From: a virus | Taxonomy: Duplodnaviria; Caudoviricetes | Length of the DNA: 55,699 nt | Direction: 5' to 3' (one strand) | Virus record (IMG/VR): IMGVR_UViG_3300045303_000132 | Coordinates: 1 to 55,699 of that record | Shown here: positions 25,908-35,917 of the stretch, piece after piece | Position numbering within the stretch: position 1 is the stretch's first letter | Layout of the letters: each line of letters begins with the position of its first letter | Notes under the pieces: generated by a model | Told to the model about the DNA's origin: nothing | Databases searched by the model: none | What the model saw: only the letters and a program-made list of their open reading frames with translations | Position numbers and translations under genes: made by a program

Positions 25908-26581
25908 CCCTCGGGATCCTACTCCCCACGCGGGGACGACCAGATAACCTCCACCGCTTCCTCTCGGCCACCGAGGACACTGCCGACGACTGGCACTTGT
26001 ACCTTCGGCTCGATTACGACGACCCGCAGGCACCCGCGTACGACGAAGTCATCGGGCGGGCGTACCGGCGCATCACGGTCCGCCACGGTCCCCGAGTCGG
26101 TTTCGGGGCGTCCCTGAACGAACTCGCCTTCCGGGCCGAGCGGGACGGGGTGTCGCACCTCGGCATGTTCGGCGACGACGTAGTGCCGGAGACCCCGCAT
26201 TGGGACACCCGGCTGGTCGAGGCGCTGGGCGACGACCTCGGCATCGCCTACGGTGACGACGGCCTACGGCACAAGCATGGACGCGACCTGCCGACGCACT
26301 ACGTCACCCACGCGGAGGTCTACCGCCGCCTCGGCTACCTGTCGCCACCCACGATCCGTCACCTGTATCTGGACAACGTGGCGAGGGACGTGGGTCTGTA
26401 TCTGAAGAACTTCGTGTTCGTGCCGGTCAGCATCAGGCACCTCCACCCGTGGGCCGAGGGCGAGCAGATCCACGACTCCACCTACGCCGAGGGCGGGCGC
26501 AACGCCGACCTCCGCCTCGCCGACCGGAGGGCGTACATCCAATGGACGCAGGACCGTGAGTGGAAGCGCCGCCTTCGGTGA
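25904..26581 (+). CDS. Glycosyltransferase family 2 (GT-A)
   Basis: ILLPTRGRP, D.DD, MFGDDVVP, H.Y.D, H.HP. Confidence 0.8.
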   Translation: MTLGILLPTRGRPDNLHRFLSATEDTADDWHLYLRLDYDDPQAPAYDEVIGRAYRRITVRHGPRVGFGASLNELAFRAERDGVSHLGMFGDDVVPETPHWDTRLVEALGDDLGIAYGDDGLRHKHGRDLPTHYVTHAEVYRRLGYLSPPTIRHLYLDNVARDVGLYLKNFVFVPVSIRHLHPWAEGEQIHDSTYAEGGRNADLRLADRRAYIQWTQDREWKRRLR

Positions 26582-27549
26582 CACTGACCGCGTTCCTCCA
26601 CGGCTACCCGCCGCTCTGGTCCATGGGCGGAGAGATGTCTACGCACCGCACCCTCCGCGCCGTGCCGGGTTCCATTGTTTACACGAAGACGCTCGAGGAC
26701 TATCAGTTCGACGGGGTCTCGGTGAAGCCAGCGACGGGTACGTCCTTCCAGTGCATCAAGGACGACGCAAGATCCGCCGGGGCGACTGTCCTGTTCGGGC
26801 ACTCGACATTGTCCATGGACACTATCCGGGCTGCGAGGCAGTTGAAACTCCCGTCCATCCTCGCCGTCCACGCGCCACGCCGATTCGGGGCAGACCTGCA
26901 TCGGGCGAAGTCGTCAGCCACCGTGCGTCTCTACAACACGGAGGCCGCTCGGAAGGACTGGCACGACCCGAGGGGGTGGCTGCTGCACCCGCCTGTCGGT
27001 GGTCCGTCCGACTTGCCGGAGGGGCCGGGCAACGCGATAACGCTGACCTCGTCTCTCGTGAACAAGGGGGCGGCTCGCGTGCTCAAACTGGCGACACGGC
27101 GCTGGGACCAGAGGTTCATCATCGTGGAATCGCCTGCGCATCCCACCCACGGCGACCCTGACTTCTGGCACGATGCGCAGAAACTCGACAACGTGGAGAT
27201 CTGGCCGCGCCTGCACCCCGACGAGATGGGCAAACTCTGGGCCGAGACTCGCGTGCTGCTGGTCCCATCGCGGTACGAGACCTACGGCATGGCCGCGATG
27301 GAGGCGGCGTGGCACCATATCCCCTCGGTACACGTGGACACCCCCCACGTCCGCGAGGGAATCGGCACGGCGGCGTGCCTCATCAAGACGACGCATCTCG
27401 AGGAACTGGACCACGCGCTCACCGAGGTAGAACTAGAGCACGACGTCTGGGCAGACCGGGCCTTCCACCGCGCTGAAAGCCTCGCGCAGCGAGAATCAGA
27501 TGAGTTGGCCCTGTTTGCGGCGGGTGTGGCCGGGCTCACACCCCTGTAG
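26578..27549 (+). CDS. Glycosyltransferase, GT-B fold (GT4-like)
   Basis: HGYPP...GGE, NKG, VLLVPSRYETYGMAAMEAA (EX7E). Confidence 0.85.
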   Translation: MTLTAFLHGYPPLWSMGGEMSTHRTLRAVPGSIVYTKTLEDYQFDGVSVKPATGTSFQCIKDDARSAGATVLFGHSTLSMDTIRAARQLKLPSILAVHAPRRFGADLHRAKSSATVRLYNTEAARKDWHDPRGWLLHPPVGGPSDLPEGPGNAITLTSSLVNKGAARVLKLATRRWDQRFIIVESPAHPTHGDPDFWHDAQKLDNVEIWPRLHPDEMGKLWAETRVLLVPSRYETYGMAAMEAAWHHIPSVHVDTPHVREGIGTAACLIKTTHLEELDHALTEVELEHDVWADRAFHRAESLAQRESDELALFAAGVAGLTPL

Positions 27550-27551
27550 AC

Positions 27552-27645
27552 GGCTCTCAGAGGCCCTCAGAACGCTCGCGGGGCCGGTAGTGGGGCACGG
27601 GTGCCCACCGCCAGCCCCGCGACGCTGTACGGGCCTCTGAGAGCC
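27552..27645. terminator. Long hairpin between the convergent genome arms (bidirectional terminator-like)
   Basis: ggctctcagaggccc/gggcctctgagagcc 15-bp outer stem plus inner tcgcggggc/gccccgcga stem. Confidence 0.65.
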
Positions 27646-27700
27646 ACCCCCGACCCCTGCTGCCTACTCGAGTTCACAACGGTGGGGCCGAGGGTGGGGT

Positions 27701-28528
27701 CTAGATGAGGGGACGCACCCTGAACTCGGCCTCGATGACGTAGTGGTCGCCGTGCTGGAAGAACTCCTTGTCGTCCAGAGCACGAGCAGCCTTCGCCGTC
27801 ACGCGTCCGTCCGCCTTGTAGGAGGCGATCACGTCGATGTTCCCGTGGCCGGTGTTCTCCCACTTCTTCAATTCATCCCACGCGGACGTGAACGGCTGGC
27901 CGAAGAACGTGTCGTCCTCGCGGTCCACGATGTTCTGGTCTCCACCGTAGAAGGCGAGGGCCTTGCCCTTCCCGTGCTCACGGCCCCAATCGCCGATCAC
28001 CTTGGCGAGCTTCTGGTTCCACTCGTAGTGGTTCACACCCTTGATCGGCTGGCCCTTGGGACTCCGGCCTTTCGTGAGGTAGTGGGCAGCGGCCACGCTG
28101 ACGCGGCCGACGTCCACGTTCGCGAAGGACACCCAGACGACGCCCTTCGGTCCCCAGCGAGGGAACTCGGCGTTCACGCCCGCCTGCGCGTAGAGCGCCT
28201 TGGAGCCGGGGATCCCTGGCTCGAAGCCGGTCTTCCACGAGTCCTTCTTGATGCGTCTGGTGTCGACCGCGACCCACGAGTCGGTGGCACCTTCCACACC
28301 CTTACCGTTCTCGCTCGGAACCCAGACCTTGTAGCCCATCGCCTTGCCCACGCGAAGCAGGAGTTGACCGGTCGGATCGGCACCAGGACCGGCCTCGGTG
28401 CCGGTGACCCACCAGATGTCGCGCTTCTTGGCGCGCTCGAACAGATCGGTGATATCCGCTTCTTGCTGCTTCGGCGTGTCGCTGAACTGGAGAGAGGCGT
28501 GCATCGCCCTGACGATGAAGTCCGTCAC
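27701..28528 (-). CDS. Endonuclease/exonuclease/phosphatase (EEP) family protein
   Basis: GTE, AAAHY, GGDQN, IDVI, GDH motifs of the DNase I-like fold. Confidence 0.7.
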   Translation of the reverse strand: MTDFIVRAMHASLQFSDTPKQQEADITDLFERAKKRDIWWVTGTEAGPGADPTGQLLLRVGKAMGYKVWVPSENGKGVEGATDSWVAVDTRRIKKDSWKTGFEPGIPGSKALYAQAGVNAEFPRWGPKGVVWVSFANVDVGRVSVAAAHYLTKGRSPKGQPIKGVNHYEWNQKLAKVIGDWGREHGKGKALAFYGGDQNIVDREDDTFFGQPFTSAWDELKKWENTGHGNIDVIASYKADGRVTAKAARALDDKEFFQHGDHYVIEAEFRVRPLI

Positions 28529-28746
28529 AGCGATTCTCCCTTCGGGTATTGAGGCCCGGTCACCGGCGTGACGAACATCCGAGCGATGATTGCCAGAATC
28601 ACCGTGGTGACGGCCATGATCGCGCCAACCGCCTCGTTGCTGATGTCTACCCCGAAAGCGAGGAACAGTCCCAGGATCGCCTCCACCAGACCGATGATCA
28701 ACACCGGCTCGTTGCGTATCACGTTGCCTTGGAATGGACTTGCCAT
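28525..28746 (-). CDS. Holin
   Basis: Two TM helices, RNEPV...AFGVDIS...R..VTP; next to the endolysin. Confidence 0.75.
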   Translation of the reverse strand: MASPFQGNVIRNEPVLIIGLVEAILGLFLAFGVDISNEAVGAIMAVTTVILAIIARMFVTPVTGPQYPKGESL

Positions 28747-28748
28747 GA

Positions 28749-29156
28749 TCACTCCCTATTGAAGACAGGCTTGCGGTGGTTCCAGTAGCCGAAGGGCGAC
28801 TTCCGCTCTTCGTAGTGGAGGTGAGGCCCTGTAGAGTTCCCGGTGTTGCCCGAGTAGCCGATGATCTGGCCCTTCTTCACACGCTGACCGGCCTTGACCT
28901 TGATCGAAGACAGGTGGCAGTAGCCGACCTTGATCGCGCCGCCCGGTGCCTTCGGGTGGCGGATGACGATGTGATTGCCGTAGGACGATCCCCAGGCGTT
29001 GTTGACCGAGTCGATCGTGCCGCTTCGGGAGGCTCGGACCGGGACGCCGGTCTTACCATGCGTGGAGTAGTCGTCGCCGGTGTGATAGCCCGCCATCCAC
29101 GAGCCCGGCTTCCCGAAGGGCGTGGTGATCGTGTACGGCGGGATCGGGTTACTCAT
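28749..29156 (-). CDS. M23 peptidase endolysin
   Basis: HTGDD, YGN, YCHL, GNTGNSTGPHLHYE. Confidence 0.9.
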   Translation of the reverse strand: MSNPIPPYTITTPFGKPGSWMAGYHTGDDYSTHGKTGVPVRASRSGTIDSVNNAWGSSYGNHIVIRHPKAPGGAIKVGYCHLSSIKVKAGQRVKKGQIIGYSGNTGNSTGPHLHYEERKSPFGYWNHRKPVFNRE

Positions 29157-29388
29157 CCTTGTCCTCCCACTCGATGTGTGTCTGTCCGTTGTGGCCGTGG
29201 AGATGCTCAACGTTGGCGATATTGGGGTGGAGAACGGTGGTCGGCTCGATCAGGCCCCACGGCTGCTGGATTGGACCTTCCCACCGCATCGCGACTGTGC
29301 CGTCGTCGAACTCCACGCCCTCTGCGACGGATCCGGTGCCCGAGATGCCGGTGACGTCGGTATCGCGGATCAACCGGAACGTCCTCAC
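29149..29388 (-). CDS. Conserved actinophage hypothetical protein
   Basis: DVTGISGTG.VAEGVEF.DG...HGHNG.T motif. Confidence 0.8.
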   Translation of the reverse strand: MRTFRLIRDTDVTGISGTGSVAEGVEFDDGTVAMRWEGPIQQPWGLIEPTTVLHPNIANVEHLHGHNGQTHIEWEDKDE

Positions 29389-29486
29389 GAGGGCTTGTCT
29401 TCCTCGTCGTCAGGCCCTTCGAACCCGGTGGTGTCGTCGTCCGGGTCGTCCAGGTTCGGGTCGTATTCGGGATTCTGCTCGCTCAT
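29385..29486 (-). CDS. Small acidic peptide (33 aa)
   Basis: RBS gaaagg; MSEQNPEYDPNLDDPDDD...; GTGA overlap. Confidence 0.55.
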   Translation of the reverse strand: MSEQNPEYDPNLDDPDDDTTGFEGPDDEEDKPS

Positions 29487-29537
29487 GTTGCCACCTTTCT
29501 CGTAGTGCCTTAGACCTTACCATAGCAGGCGTGCTAG

Positions 29538-30050
29538 TCACTGTCCGTCTTGAACACACACCTGGATGACGAGGTCCCTGTCGATCGGTGCTCGCTGGTG
29601 GACAGCCACCACCTGGAAGGTGAATCCAGGGGGACAGGCTCCTGGAGGCTGCGCGGGGCCGGGTGGTCCTCGCCGTCCTCGTGGCCCTTCCTGTCCGGGC
29701 TTACCTCGTGGTCCTGTCACGCTGCGGCCACGAGGACCAGGGCGACCATCACGCCCGTCAGCACCACTGCGCCCAGGAGCGCCAGTGTCACCAGTACGAC
29801 CATCAGTGCCTGGAGGCCCAGGAACACCAGCACGACCCGGAGGGCCGGGAGGACCCACCTCACCTTGGATTCCTTGCGGCCCCGGTGGGCCGGGCTCTGG
29901 TGTCGTGTCATGGGTGGGAGTGCTGACCGCGCTGATGGAGTCCCCGGTGTCGGCTCGGGCTACTGCGATCGTCCCGGCGAAGGCCACGAGCATCAGGACG
30001 CCGGCGAGGCCGTAGCCGATGATCGGGTTACCGTAGACTCTCTGCATCAT
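29538..30050 (-). CDS. Membrane-anchored collagen-like protein
   Basis: N-terminal TM and a long Gly-X-Y run. Confidence 0.8.
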   Translation of the reverse strand: MMQRVYGNPIIGYGLAGVLMLVAFAGTIAVARADTGDSISAVSTPTHDTTPEPGPPGPQGIQGEVGPPGPPGRAGVPGPPGTDGRTGDTGAPGRSGADGRDGRPGPRGRSVTGPRGKPGQEGPRGRRGPPGPAQPPGACPPGFTFQVVAVHQRAPIDRDLVIQVCVQDGQ

Positions 30051-30301
30051 GTCGGCGGGTCGTCTTCTTTCTTAGCCGTCATTGTCGACCCGGTCTTGCC
30101 CGCCAGGAACCCGGCGATCAGACCGATCATGGTGTTGATGATCCCCGTGATGCTCTGTAGTCCATCGGTGGTGTCCGTCTTAGGGTTGACGATCTCCACG
30201 ATCACGATGGTCACCCCACTGGCGAAGATGGCGAGGCAGACGGTAGCCGTTACCATCAGCACCAGCAAGTCTCCCGTGCTGCGATCCCGAAGTCGCGACA
30301 T
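30047..30301 (-). CDS. Two-TM membrane protein (holin-like)
   Basis: Two hydrophobic helices; ATGA overlap. Confidence 0.7.
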   Translation of the reverse strand: MSRLRDRSTGDLLVLMVTATVCLAIFASGVTIVIVEIVNPKTDTTDGLQSITGIINTMIGLIAGFLAGKTGSTMTAKKEDDPPT

Positions 30302-30302
30302 C

Positions 30303-32195
30303 TCAGACCTTGATCAAGTAGTTCACAGTCACGAACGGAGGCCGGTTGTCATCCGGAAGCGGACCGGATCCCTCGGTAGCAGTGTGTCCCCCGATGGTGT
30401 GATCGTGACCACTGCCGGACGTGCCGGTGTTGTCGTCGGCCTGAGCGGCGCCGCCGCCCTGAGCAGCGCCGGTGCCGGGGCCGGTGGTGGCGCGACGGGT
30501 GTAGTTGTGGAAGTGCCCACCGGCAGAAACAGTGACGAGGGTTCCGTCGCTGCCGTTGGGTCCGGTGGCCGCCGAGTGCCAGTGTTTCGGCATCTTGGCC
30601 TGACCACCCGTAGCACCGAGAACGTTTACCGGACCTGCGCCCTGCGGGAACGTGTCCTGGAGGTTCGGCAGGCTGAAGTGCGTGCTGTCGACCGCGCCGT
30701 ACACCGTGCCGATCACCCCGAACAGATCCAGATAGTCAGCCCGCAGAAGCGACTGCCCTTGACAGAGCATCCACCCGGACGGAGCCGCCGCACCGCCGAA
30801 CATCACCATCGAGCCGATCGGTGGGAGCACGCCGACCGTCGCAGTCTCCGGCTTGCCGGTCTCCAGATTCATCCGCATGACGCGCTTCTGCTCGCGCAGC
30901 GCGTTCGGGTCGCCGACGGTCTTGAACTCCGCGATGGCAGAATACGGGCCGAATGTCCCGTTGGCTCCTCGGGTGGCGACTTGCCACTCAATCGTGGAAG
31001 TGTCTGGGAACGTGTTCGAAGGAGCAGCCCACACGGCGTTCGCCGACGAGACCGGGGCCAAGACTGTGAACGACGGAGCGCCCTTCACCCGCCACCCGAT
31101 CTGATACTGCGTCTGGGCCGTGGTGTCCGAGGAGTTGTATTGCCACGTGAAGTTACGAGCCTGCGTCGGGTTGATGATCGCGTCGTTCGTGGGCGCGAGG
31201 TTCGTTGGCGCGAGAGGCGGCGTCGTGACGCCAGCGGTCTCCGTCGTCTCGTTCGAGTACGCCGAGTAGAGCGTGCCCTGCACTCCGCTCACCGCACGGG
31301 TCCGGACGCGATACTTGAACTTGATCGACGGGTTCGCTGCCGGGAACGTGTCAGTCCACGTCTCGACGTTCTTCGCCAGCGTGACGATGACCGCCCACGG
31401 TCCACCGTTGTCCGACCGCTCGATCTGGTTCTGTGTTCCGGGTGCGACCGCCGAGTTGTCGGTGAACGTGATGACCTGATTCGCTCCGTTGTTCCCCGTT
31501 CGTAGAGCGTTCGTCGGCGCAGCGGGAGTGGTGTAGATCAGATCGCCCTCAACCCACGCTGAGTTCCCGAGCCCGTTCGAGGACCGGACTCGGTAGCGAT
31601 ACGCCGCGTTCGGCCCCGTTGTCGAGTCGGTGAACGAGGACGCCGAGCCGGACGGCGTTCCCACGAACGAGTTCCACACGTCGTTCGCGCCATCGTCGCG
31701 CTGGACGTCGATGTTGTTCCACGGCTCACCAGCCGTGTCCCTGTTCGTCCACGTCGTCTTGATCGAGCCATCCGAGATACGGGTGGTATTGACGTTCGTG
31801 GGGGGCGCTGGAGGACCGTACGGACGACCGGGGATCGCCTTCGTGACCGACTTGCTCGGGGTCGCTCCGTTGTACGCACCGGACAGGCTCGCGCCGAAGG
31901 TCCGGGTCCCGGGACTAGAGCCGTACGACGACGCGGGATAGGTGTACGTATACGTGTCGGTCTTGCGGAGGACCGAGTTGTTGTTCTGATTGTTGGAGAA
32001 GGTTGTCGAGCCGCTGGCCGAGCCAGTCAGGGTGATCGTCTGGGTGTCCGACCACTGGCCGTCCACGTCGAGGTAGACCTTGATCGTCGCCGTTGCACCG
32101 GGCTCGCCGTGGGTGATCGCCTCCCACGACACGTCGATCCCGATGCGAAGTTGCTGGTTGGTCCCACCCTCCCACGGTCCCCACTCAATCGGCAT
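30303..32195 (-). CDS. Minor tail protein with FN3 repeats and tail-collar domain
   Basis: FN3 motifs (YRYRVRSSN..G.S); PIGSMVMFGGAAAPSGWMLCQGQ...F.LPNL tail collar. Confidence 0.85.
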   Translation of the reverse strand: MPIEWGPWEGGTNQQLRIGIDVSWEAITHGEPGATATIKVYLDVDGQWSDTQTITLTGSASGSTTFSNNQNNNSVLRKTDTYTYTYPASSYGSSPGTRTFGASLSGAYNGATPSKSVTKAIPGRPYGPPAPPTNVNTTRISDGSIKTTWTNRDTAGEPWNNIDVQRDDGANDVWNSFVGTPSGSASSFTDSTTGPNAAYRYRVRSSNGLGNSAWVEGDLIYTTPAAPTNALRTGNNGANQVITFTDNSAVAPGTQNQIERSDNGGPWAVIVTLAKNVETWTDTFPAANPSIKFKYRVRTRAVSGVQGTLYSAYSNETTETAGVTTPPLAPTNLAPTNDAIINPTQARNFTWQYNSSDTTAQTQYQIGWRVKGAPSFTVLAPVSSANAVWAAPSNTFPDTSTIEWQVATRGANGTFGPYSAIAEFKTVGDPNALREQKRVMRMNLETGKPETATVGVLPPIGSMVMFGGAAAPSGWMLCQGQSLLRADYLDLFGVIGTVYGAVDSTHFSLPNLQDTFPQGAGPVNVLGATGGQAKMPKHWHSAATGPNGSDGTLVTVSAGGHFHNYTRRATTGPGTGAAQGGGAAQADDNTGTSGSGHDHTIGGHTATEGSGPLPDDNRPPFVTVNYLIKV

Positions 32196-32208
32196 ACGTC
32201 ACCCCCTC

Positions 32209-34683
32209 TCAGTAGAGCAGAACGGACTGCTTCGGGTTGAAGTGGATAGTGGTGACATCGCTTGCCGTGCCGAGGTCCTGGATGAACTGACCGGCCACGT
32301 TCGGGACCGCCGAGGTCGCCCGGCCCGGCTGTGTCGCGGAGAGGAACACCGTGCCCGGTGACTGCGCGGTCCCATACGGATTGTACCCCCACGTATAGAC
32401 CGCGACTGCCACGCCCACCGCCGCGTCTTGGAGCACGAAGCCATGAGCCTCCATGCCCGGCGTGTCCGCACGGGCGGGGCGGAGAAGGAACAGGCCCCCG
32501 TTGTTCCAGATGTTGACGAACATGCCCTGAGTCACCGCCGTCGAGCACTTGACGATGTTGGTCTTCGACTTGCCGATTGCGATGGACTGCTCGCCAATCC
32601 GTGCAGCCGGGAGAATGCCCTGTGTCAGATCGCTGGCGTCACCGTCGTACTGCGTCGATCCGGTGAAGTCCAGCCGCACCCAGCCACCGTCAGTCAGTTC
32701 GTAGACCGAGATGATCTTGCCACCGAACATCGTGGAAAACGACGCGTGCGGAGCGCCGAGACCGGGCTTCTTACCGGGGTGCGCCGGGTCCTCCTCGCCC
32801 CACACCGCATCGTAGGAGTCGCCGTCGAAGTACCTTCCTGTGTACTCCGCCGCCTCGACCAACGCCGCGTCCACAATCCACTGAGCACTCGGGTTCGGGT
32901 TGTGCAGGTTGATCGGCGAGACGAAGGCCGCGTTGTCTGGCACCGTGCAGGTCACCTTCAACTCGGTCCACTCCGTCGTCGAGAGCGCGACAGCCTGCCC
33001 CTCGACCTCATCGATGAACGCGCCGCCGGAAGTGTAGAAGCGAACCGAGGCAAACGCCCCCGCGCCAGAGCCCGTCTCCAACAGCGCGTAGCCGGTCGCC
33101 GAGTACGACTCGGCAGGGCTGACCGGCATCCCCGGAGCGCCTCCGGCAAACTCGACCCGGTGATCGCCCGCCGCTGCGGAGTTCACCACACGGATCACGT
33201 ACTGACCGGTCTGTTCGACCATCAACTCGTCAGGGTCTACACGGGTGAACGGGGCCGCAACGTGGGACCAGCCGGTCGTGTCCAACTCGAAGGACGGGTT
33301 CGTCACGAGGTTCTTGCGAGCGCGGGTCCGGGTGAACCAGATCGAACCCTCGACGCGAGCCTGGATGATCGTGTTGAAGCCGAAAGCGTTGTCCGGTGCG
33401 TCATGCATCGCGACGTTAGCCTCATTCGGGATGAGATACTGCACCGCATAGAGGCTCGCCGTACCGATCGCCGGCTGCGACGCAACGTTCGCCGGGCTGC
33501 CCGCCACCGCGTAAGTGATCGAGGTTCCGGTGACGGCGGTCAGGGTGACCTCGCCATCGAAGATCGGGTCCACACCGGAGACGATGATGTTCTGGCCGAC
33601 CACCCACGGGTGAGCGGCGGTCAGGTCCAACGTCGCCACCCCGGAGGTAAGCGCCATGTTCGACACGTCACGAGTCGTCTCAGCGTAGGCGTCCACGATG
33701 TGCTCACCGTCGAACGGGAAGCCAAGGCCGAGAATAACGATGTACTCGCCGACACTCATGGACATACCCGCATCGCCGACCCGGAGTCCGGCCACACCAT
33801 TCTGGAGTTCGGCCTGTAGAATCGCCCACGCCGTACCCCGTGCCAGCGAACCGTCACCGTTCTCGACGTAGTACGACATATCGTCGGCGGTCGGGTCGTA
33901 GTCGCTGAACGACACGCGACCGTCAGCCGTAGAAGCGAGACTACGGGCGTTGTCGGCAGTCGCGCTTGCGCCGATCGCTACGATGCCGATCGCACCGACG
34001 GTAGTGTCCCCGACAGGGGCCTGCGTCAAGTCGTCGAGGAGGTCCAACTTTGGGTCGCTCACGTCCACCCAGATCAGACGATCGGTATCCCAGATGAACG
34101 GAACCGTGACGTCCGGGTCTTGCGTGTTGTACCAGATCGCGTCGGGGTGACCAGCCTCGCCGTCCGACCACGGAGGAGTCGGACCGGAGTAGACTTCCTG
34201 CGAACCGATTGGCAGAGACTCGGGCGGGATGTAGATCCCGTCGACGACCGGCAGTGATCCGGGCAGGTTCTCTACGTGCTCAAGATCGTCCGACAGGACA
34301 ATGACAACGGGAGGGTCGTAATGGCCCTCGGGCATGACAGAGAGGTCGTGGATCGTGAGTGGAACCTCGATGGGCGCGTCAGCGTCGGCAAGAATGACCT
34401 CGCACACCCACGCCCGACCCGGCTGGCCGCCGATGTCGTTCGCCACCTCGGTCCCGCTGTCCACGTCAATCTCGAGTCCCGGCGTGATGGTAAAGGTGGA
34501 CGCGTCCACGTCCGCCATGACGATCTCGTAAGGCCCGGTCCCCGCAATCCAGACGGACTCGTCCTCTGTAATAGACTCAGGGTCGAGGACGGGGATGACG
34601 GTCGTGCCGATGGTCAGGTCCGCGGTGGTCTCGGTGCCCGTCCATTCCCAGCGGACGTCCGTGAGAAGACCGTTGACTCCCAT
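32209..34683 (-). CDS. Minor tail protein / receptor-binding protein with carbohydrate-binding-like module
   Basis: NLVTNPSFE...TGW and YFDGD motifs; position in the tail module. Confidence 0.78.
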   Translation of the reverse strand: MGVNGLLTDVRWEWTGTETTADLTIGTTVIPVLDPESITEDESVWIAGTGPYEIVMADVDASTFTITPGLEIDVDSGTEVANDIGGQPGRAWVCEVILADADAPIEVPLTIHDLSVMPEGHYDPPVVIVLSDDLEHVENLPGSLPVVDGIYIPPESLPIGSQEVYSGPTPPWSDGEAGHPDAIWYNTQDPDVTVPFIWDTDRLIWVDVSDPKLDLLDDLTQAPVGDTTVGAIGIVAIGASATADNARSLASTADGRVSFSDYDPTADDMSYYVENGDGSLARGTAWAILQAELQNGVAGLRVGDAGMSMSVGEYIVILGLGFPFDGEHIVDAYAETTRDVSNMALTSGVATLDLTAAHPWVVGQNIIVSGVDPIFDGEVTLTAVTGTSITYAVAGSPANVASQPAIGTASLYAVQYLIPNEANVAMHDAPDNAFGFNTIIQARVEGSIWFTRTRARKNLVTNPSFELDTTGWSHVAAPFTRVDPDELMVEQTGQYVIRVVNSAAAGDHRVEFAGGAPGMPVSPAESYSATGYALLETGSGAGAFASVRFYTSGGAFIDEVEGQAVALSTTEWTELKVTCTVPDNAAFVSPINLHNPNPSAQWIVDAALVEAAEYTGRYFDGDSYDAVWGEEDPAHPGKKPGLGAPHASFSTMFGGKIISVYELTDGGWVRLDFTGSTQYDGDASDLTQGILPAARIGEQSIAIGKSKTNIVKCSTAVTQGMFVNIWNNGGLFLLRPARADTPGMEAHGFVLQDAAVGVAVAVYTWGYNPYGTAQSPGTVFLSATQPGRATSAVPNVAGQFIQDLGTASDVTTIHFNPKQSVLLY

Positions 34684-35915
34684 CAGTTCTTATTCCCACC
34701 CTTCTTCTTGTCGCGCTTCACGGTCGTCTTCGACTTGATCCGCTTGACATTCGTCGGCTTGCTGACCCACTGGTGTGCGCCGATGCTCATGTTGCCACCC
34801 GTTCCTAGCGGTACGGAGGCACCACCGGCAAGCAGGACGTTCCCCACGCCCTCGGGCAACTTCAGGTAGTCGAAGGGATCCAAGTGGAATATCGGGATGA
34901 TCTCGAAGGTCTTGGCCGCGTCCAGTCCCGAGTGGTTCTTCAACTCGTTGGTCGCTGACGTCAGGGTGTCCTTGAGCGACTTGAGATCATCGTTGGTGAC
35001 CACGAGAGGGAGCGTCCTCGGGATGCCGTTGCGCTGGAGGCTCTGCTCAGAGAGTTCGTTGCCAGCAGGCAGCGCGACGATGCTGTCGTAGGTGTAGTGG
35101 ATACGAGACTCGTCCACCTTCTTCGTGGACTTCTTGTTGACCGGGGTGCGATGACTGGTGACCCGGACGTAGTTCGAGAGGTCCGTGAAGGGAGTGCCCG
35201 CTGCGGGGAGCGCCAGCAGAGAGTGGACGTCGACCGGGTTCTTGGCGTTCGAGATCGAATCCGCCACGGCCCATCCCAGGCCGTCGTAGTAGGCCCTCCA
35301 GTTCATCTCCTGCTCGGCGATGCGCTTGAACAGATCCCACGGGGTGAGCGAGTCCTCACCCATCCCGACCGCGTAGGTCCGGCTCAGGGTCTTCTTGGTC
35401 TTAGGGATTCGCATGTGCTTCTCACCCGTGCAGTCCCCCAGGATCGAGCGCAGGACGAGGTCCACGCGCTGGCCCTTCTTGTAGGTGCGGGGACGAACAC
35501 CGTGGTCAGCGAGCAGCGACTTGTCCCCCAACTCGAAAGAGACCTCCGCGCCTGAGCGGGAGACCGACATAGGCAGCCCCACGATGCAGGACGTGGTGAA
35601 GTCGCTATAGCCCGGGACGCTGATCTCGTGCCAGACCTGGATCAGCCGGTTGATCCAGATGATGCCCTTCGGGTCGCGCATGTAGTCGGCCCCGTAGTTG
35701 AACGCGCCGTCGGGGTCAGACACGGTGACGGAACCCGTGCGGCACGGCCCGTCGTTTCCGTTCGAGTAGTTGATCTGCCCGTCAAGCAGTTCCATCGTCC
35801 CGACGTACGTCTGCTCGATCGTGAGGATGTCGACCCAGACCCGATAGTCATGGTCAGACTGGAGGTGTTCGTGATAGGCCGTAAGAGCCTCCAGCGTGCG
35901 GCCCTGATGCTGCAT
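34683..35915 (-). CDS. Minor tail protein (baseplate hub-like)
   Basis: Position, second gene after the tape measure. Confidence 0.7.
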   Translation of the reverse strand: MQHQGRTLEALTAYHEHLQSDHDYRVWVDILTIEQTYVGTMELLDGQINYSNGNDGPCRTGSVTVSDPDGAFNYGADYMRDPKGIIWINRLIQVWHEISVPGYSDFTTSCIVGLPMSVSRSGAEVSFELGDKSLLADHGVRPRTYKKGQRVDLVLRSILGDCTGEKHMRIPKTKKTLSRTYAVGMGEDSLTPWDLFKRIAEQEMNWRAYYDGLGWAVADSISNAKNPVDVHSLLALPAAGTPFTDLSNYVRVTSHRTPVNKKSTKKVDESRIHYTYDSIVALPAGNELSEQSLQRNGIPRTLPLVVTNDDLKSLKDTLTSATNELKNHSGLDAAKTFEIIPIFHLDPFDYLKLPEGVGNVLLAGGASVPLGTGGNMSIGAHQWVSKPTNVKRIKSKTTVKRDKKKGGNKN

Positions 35916-35917
35916 CG

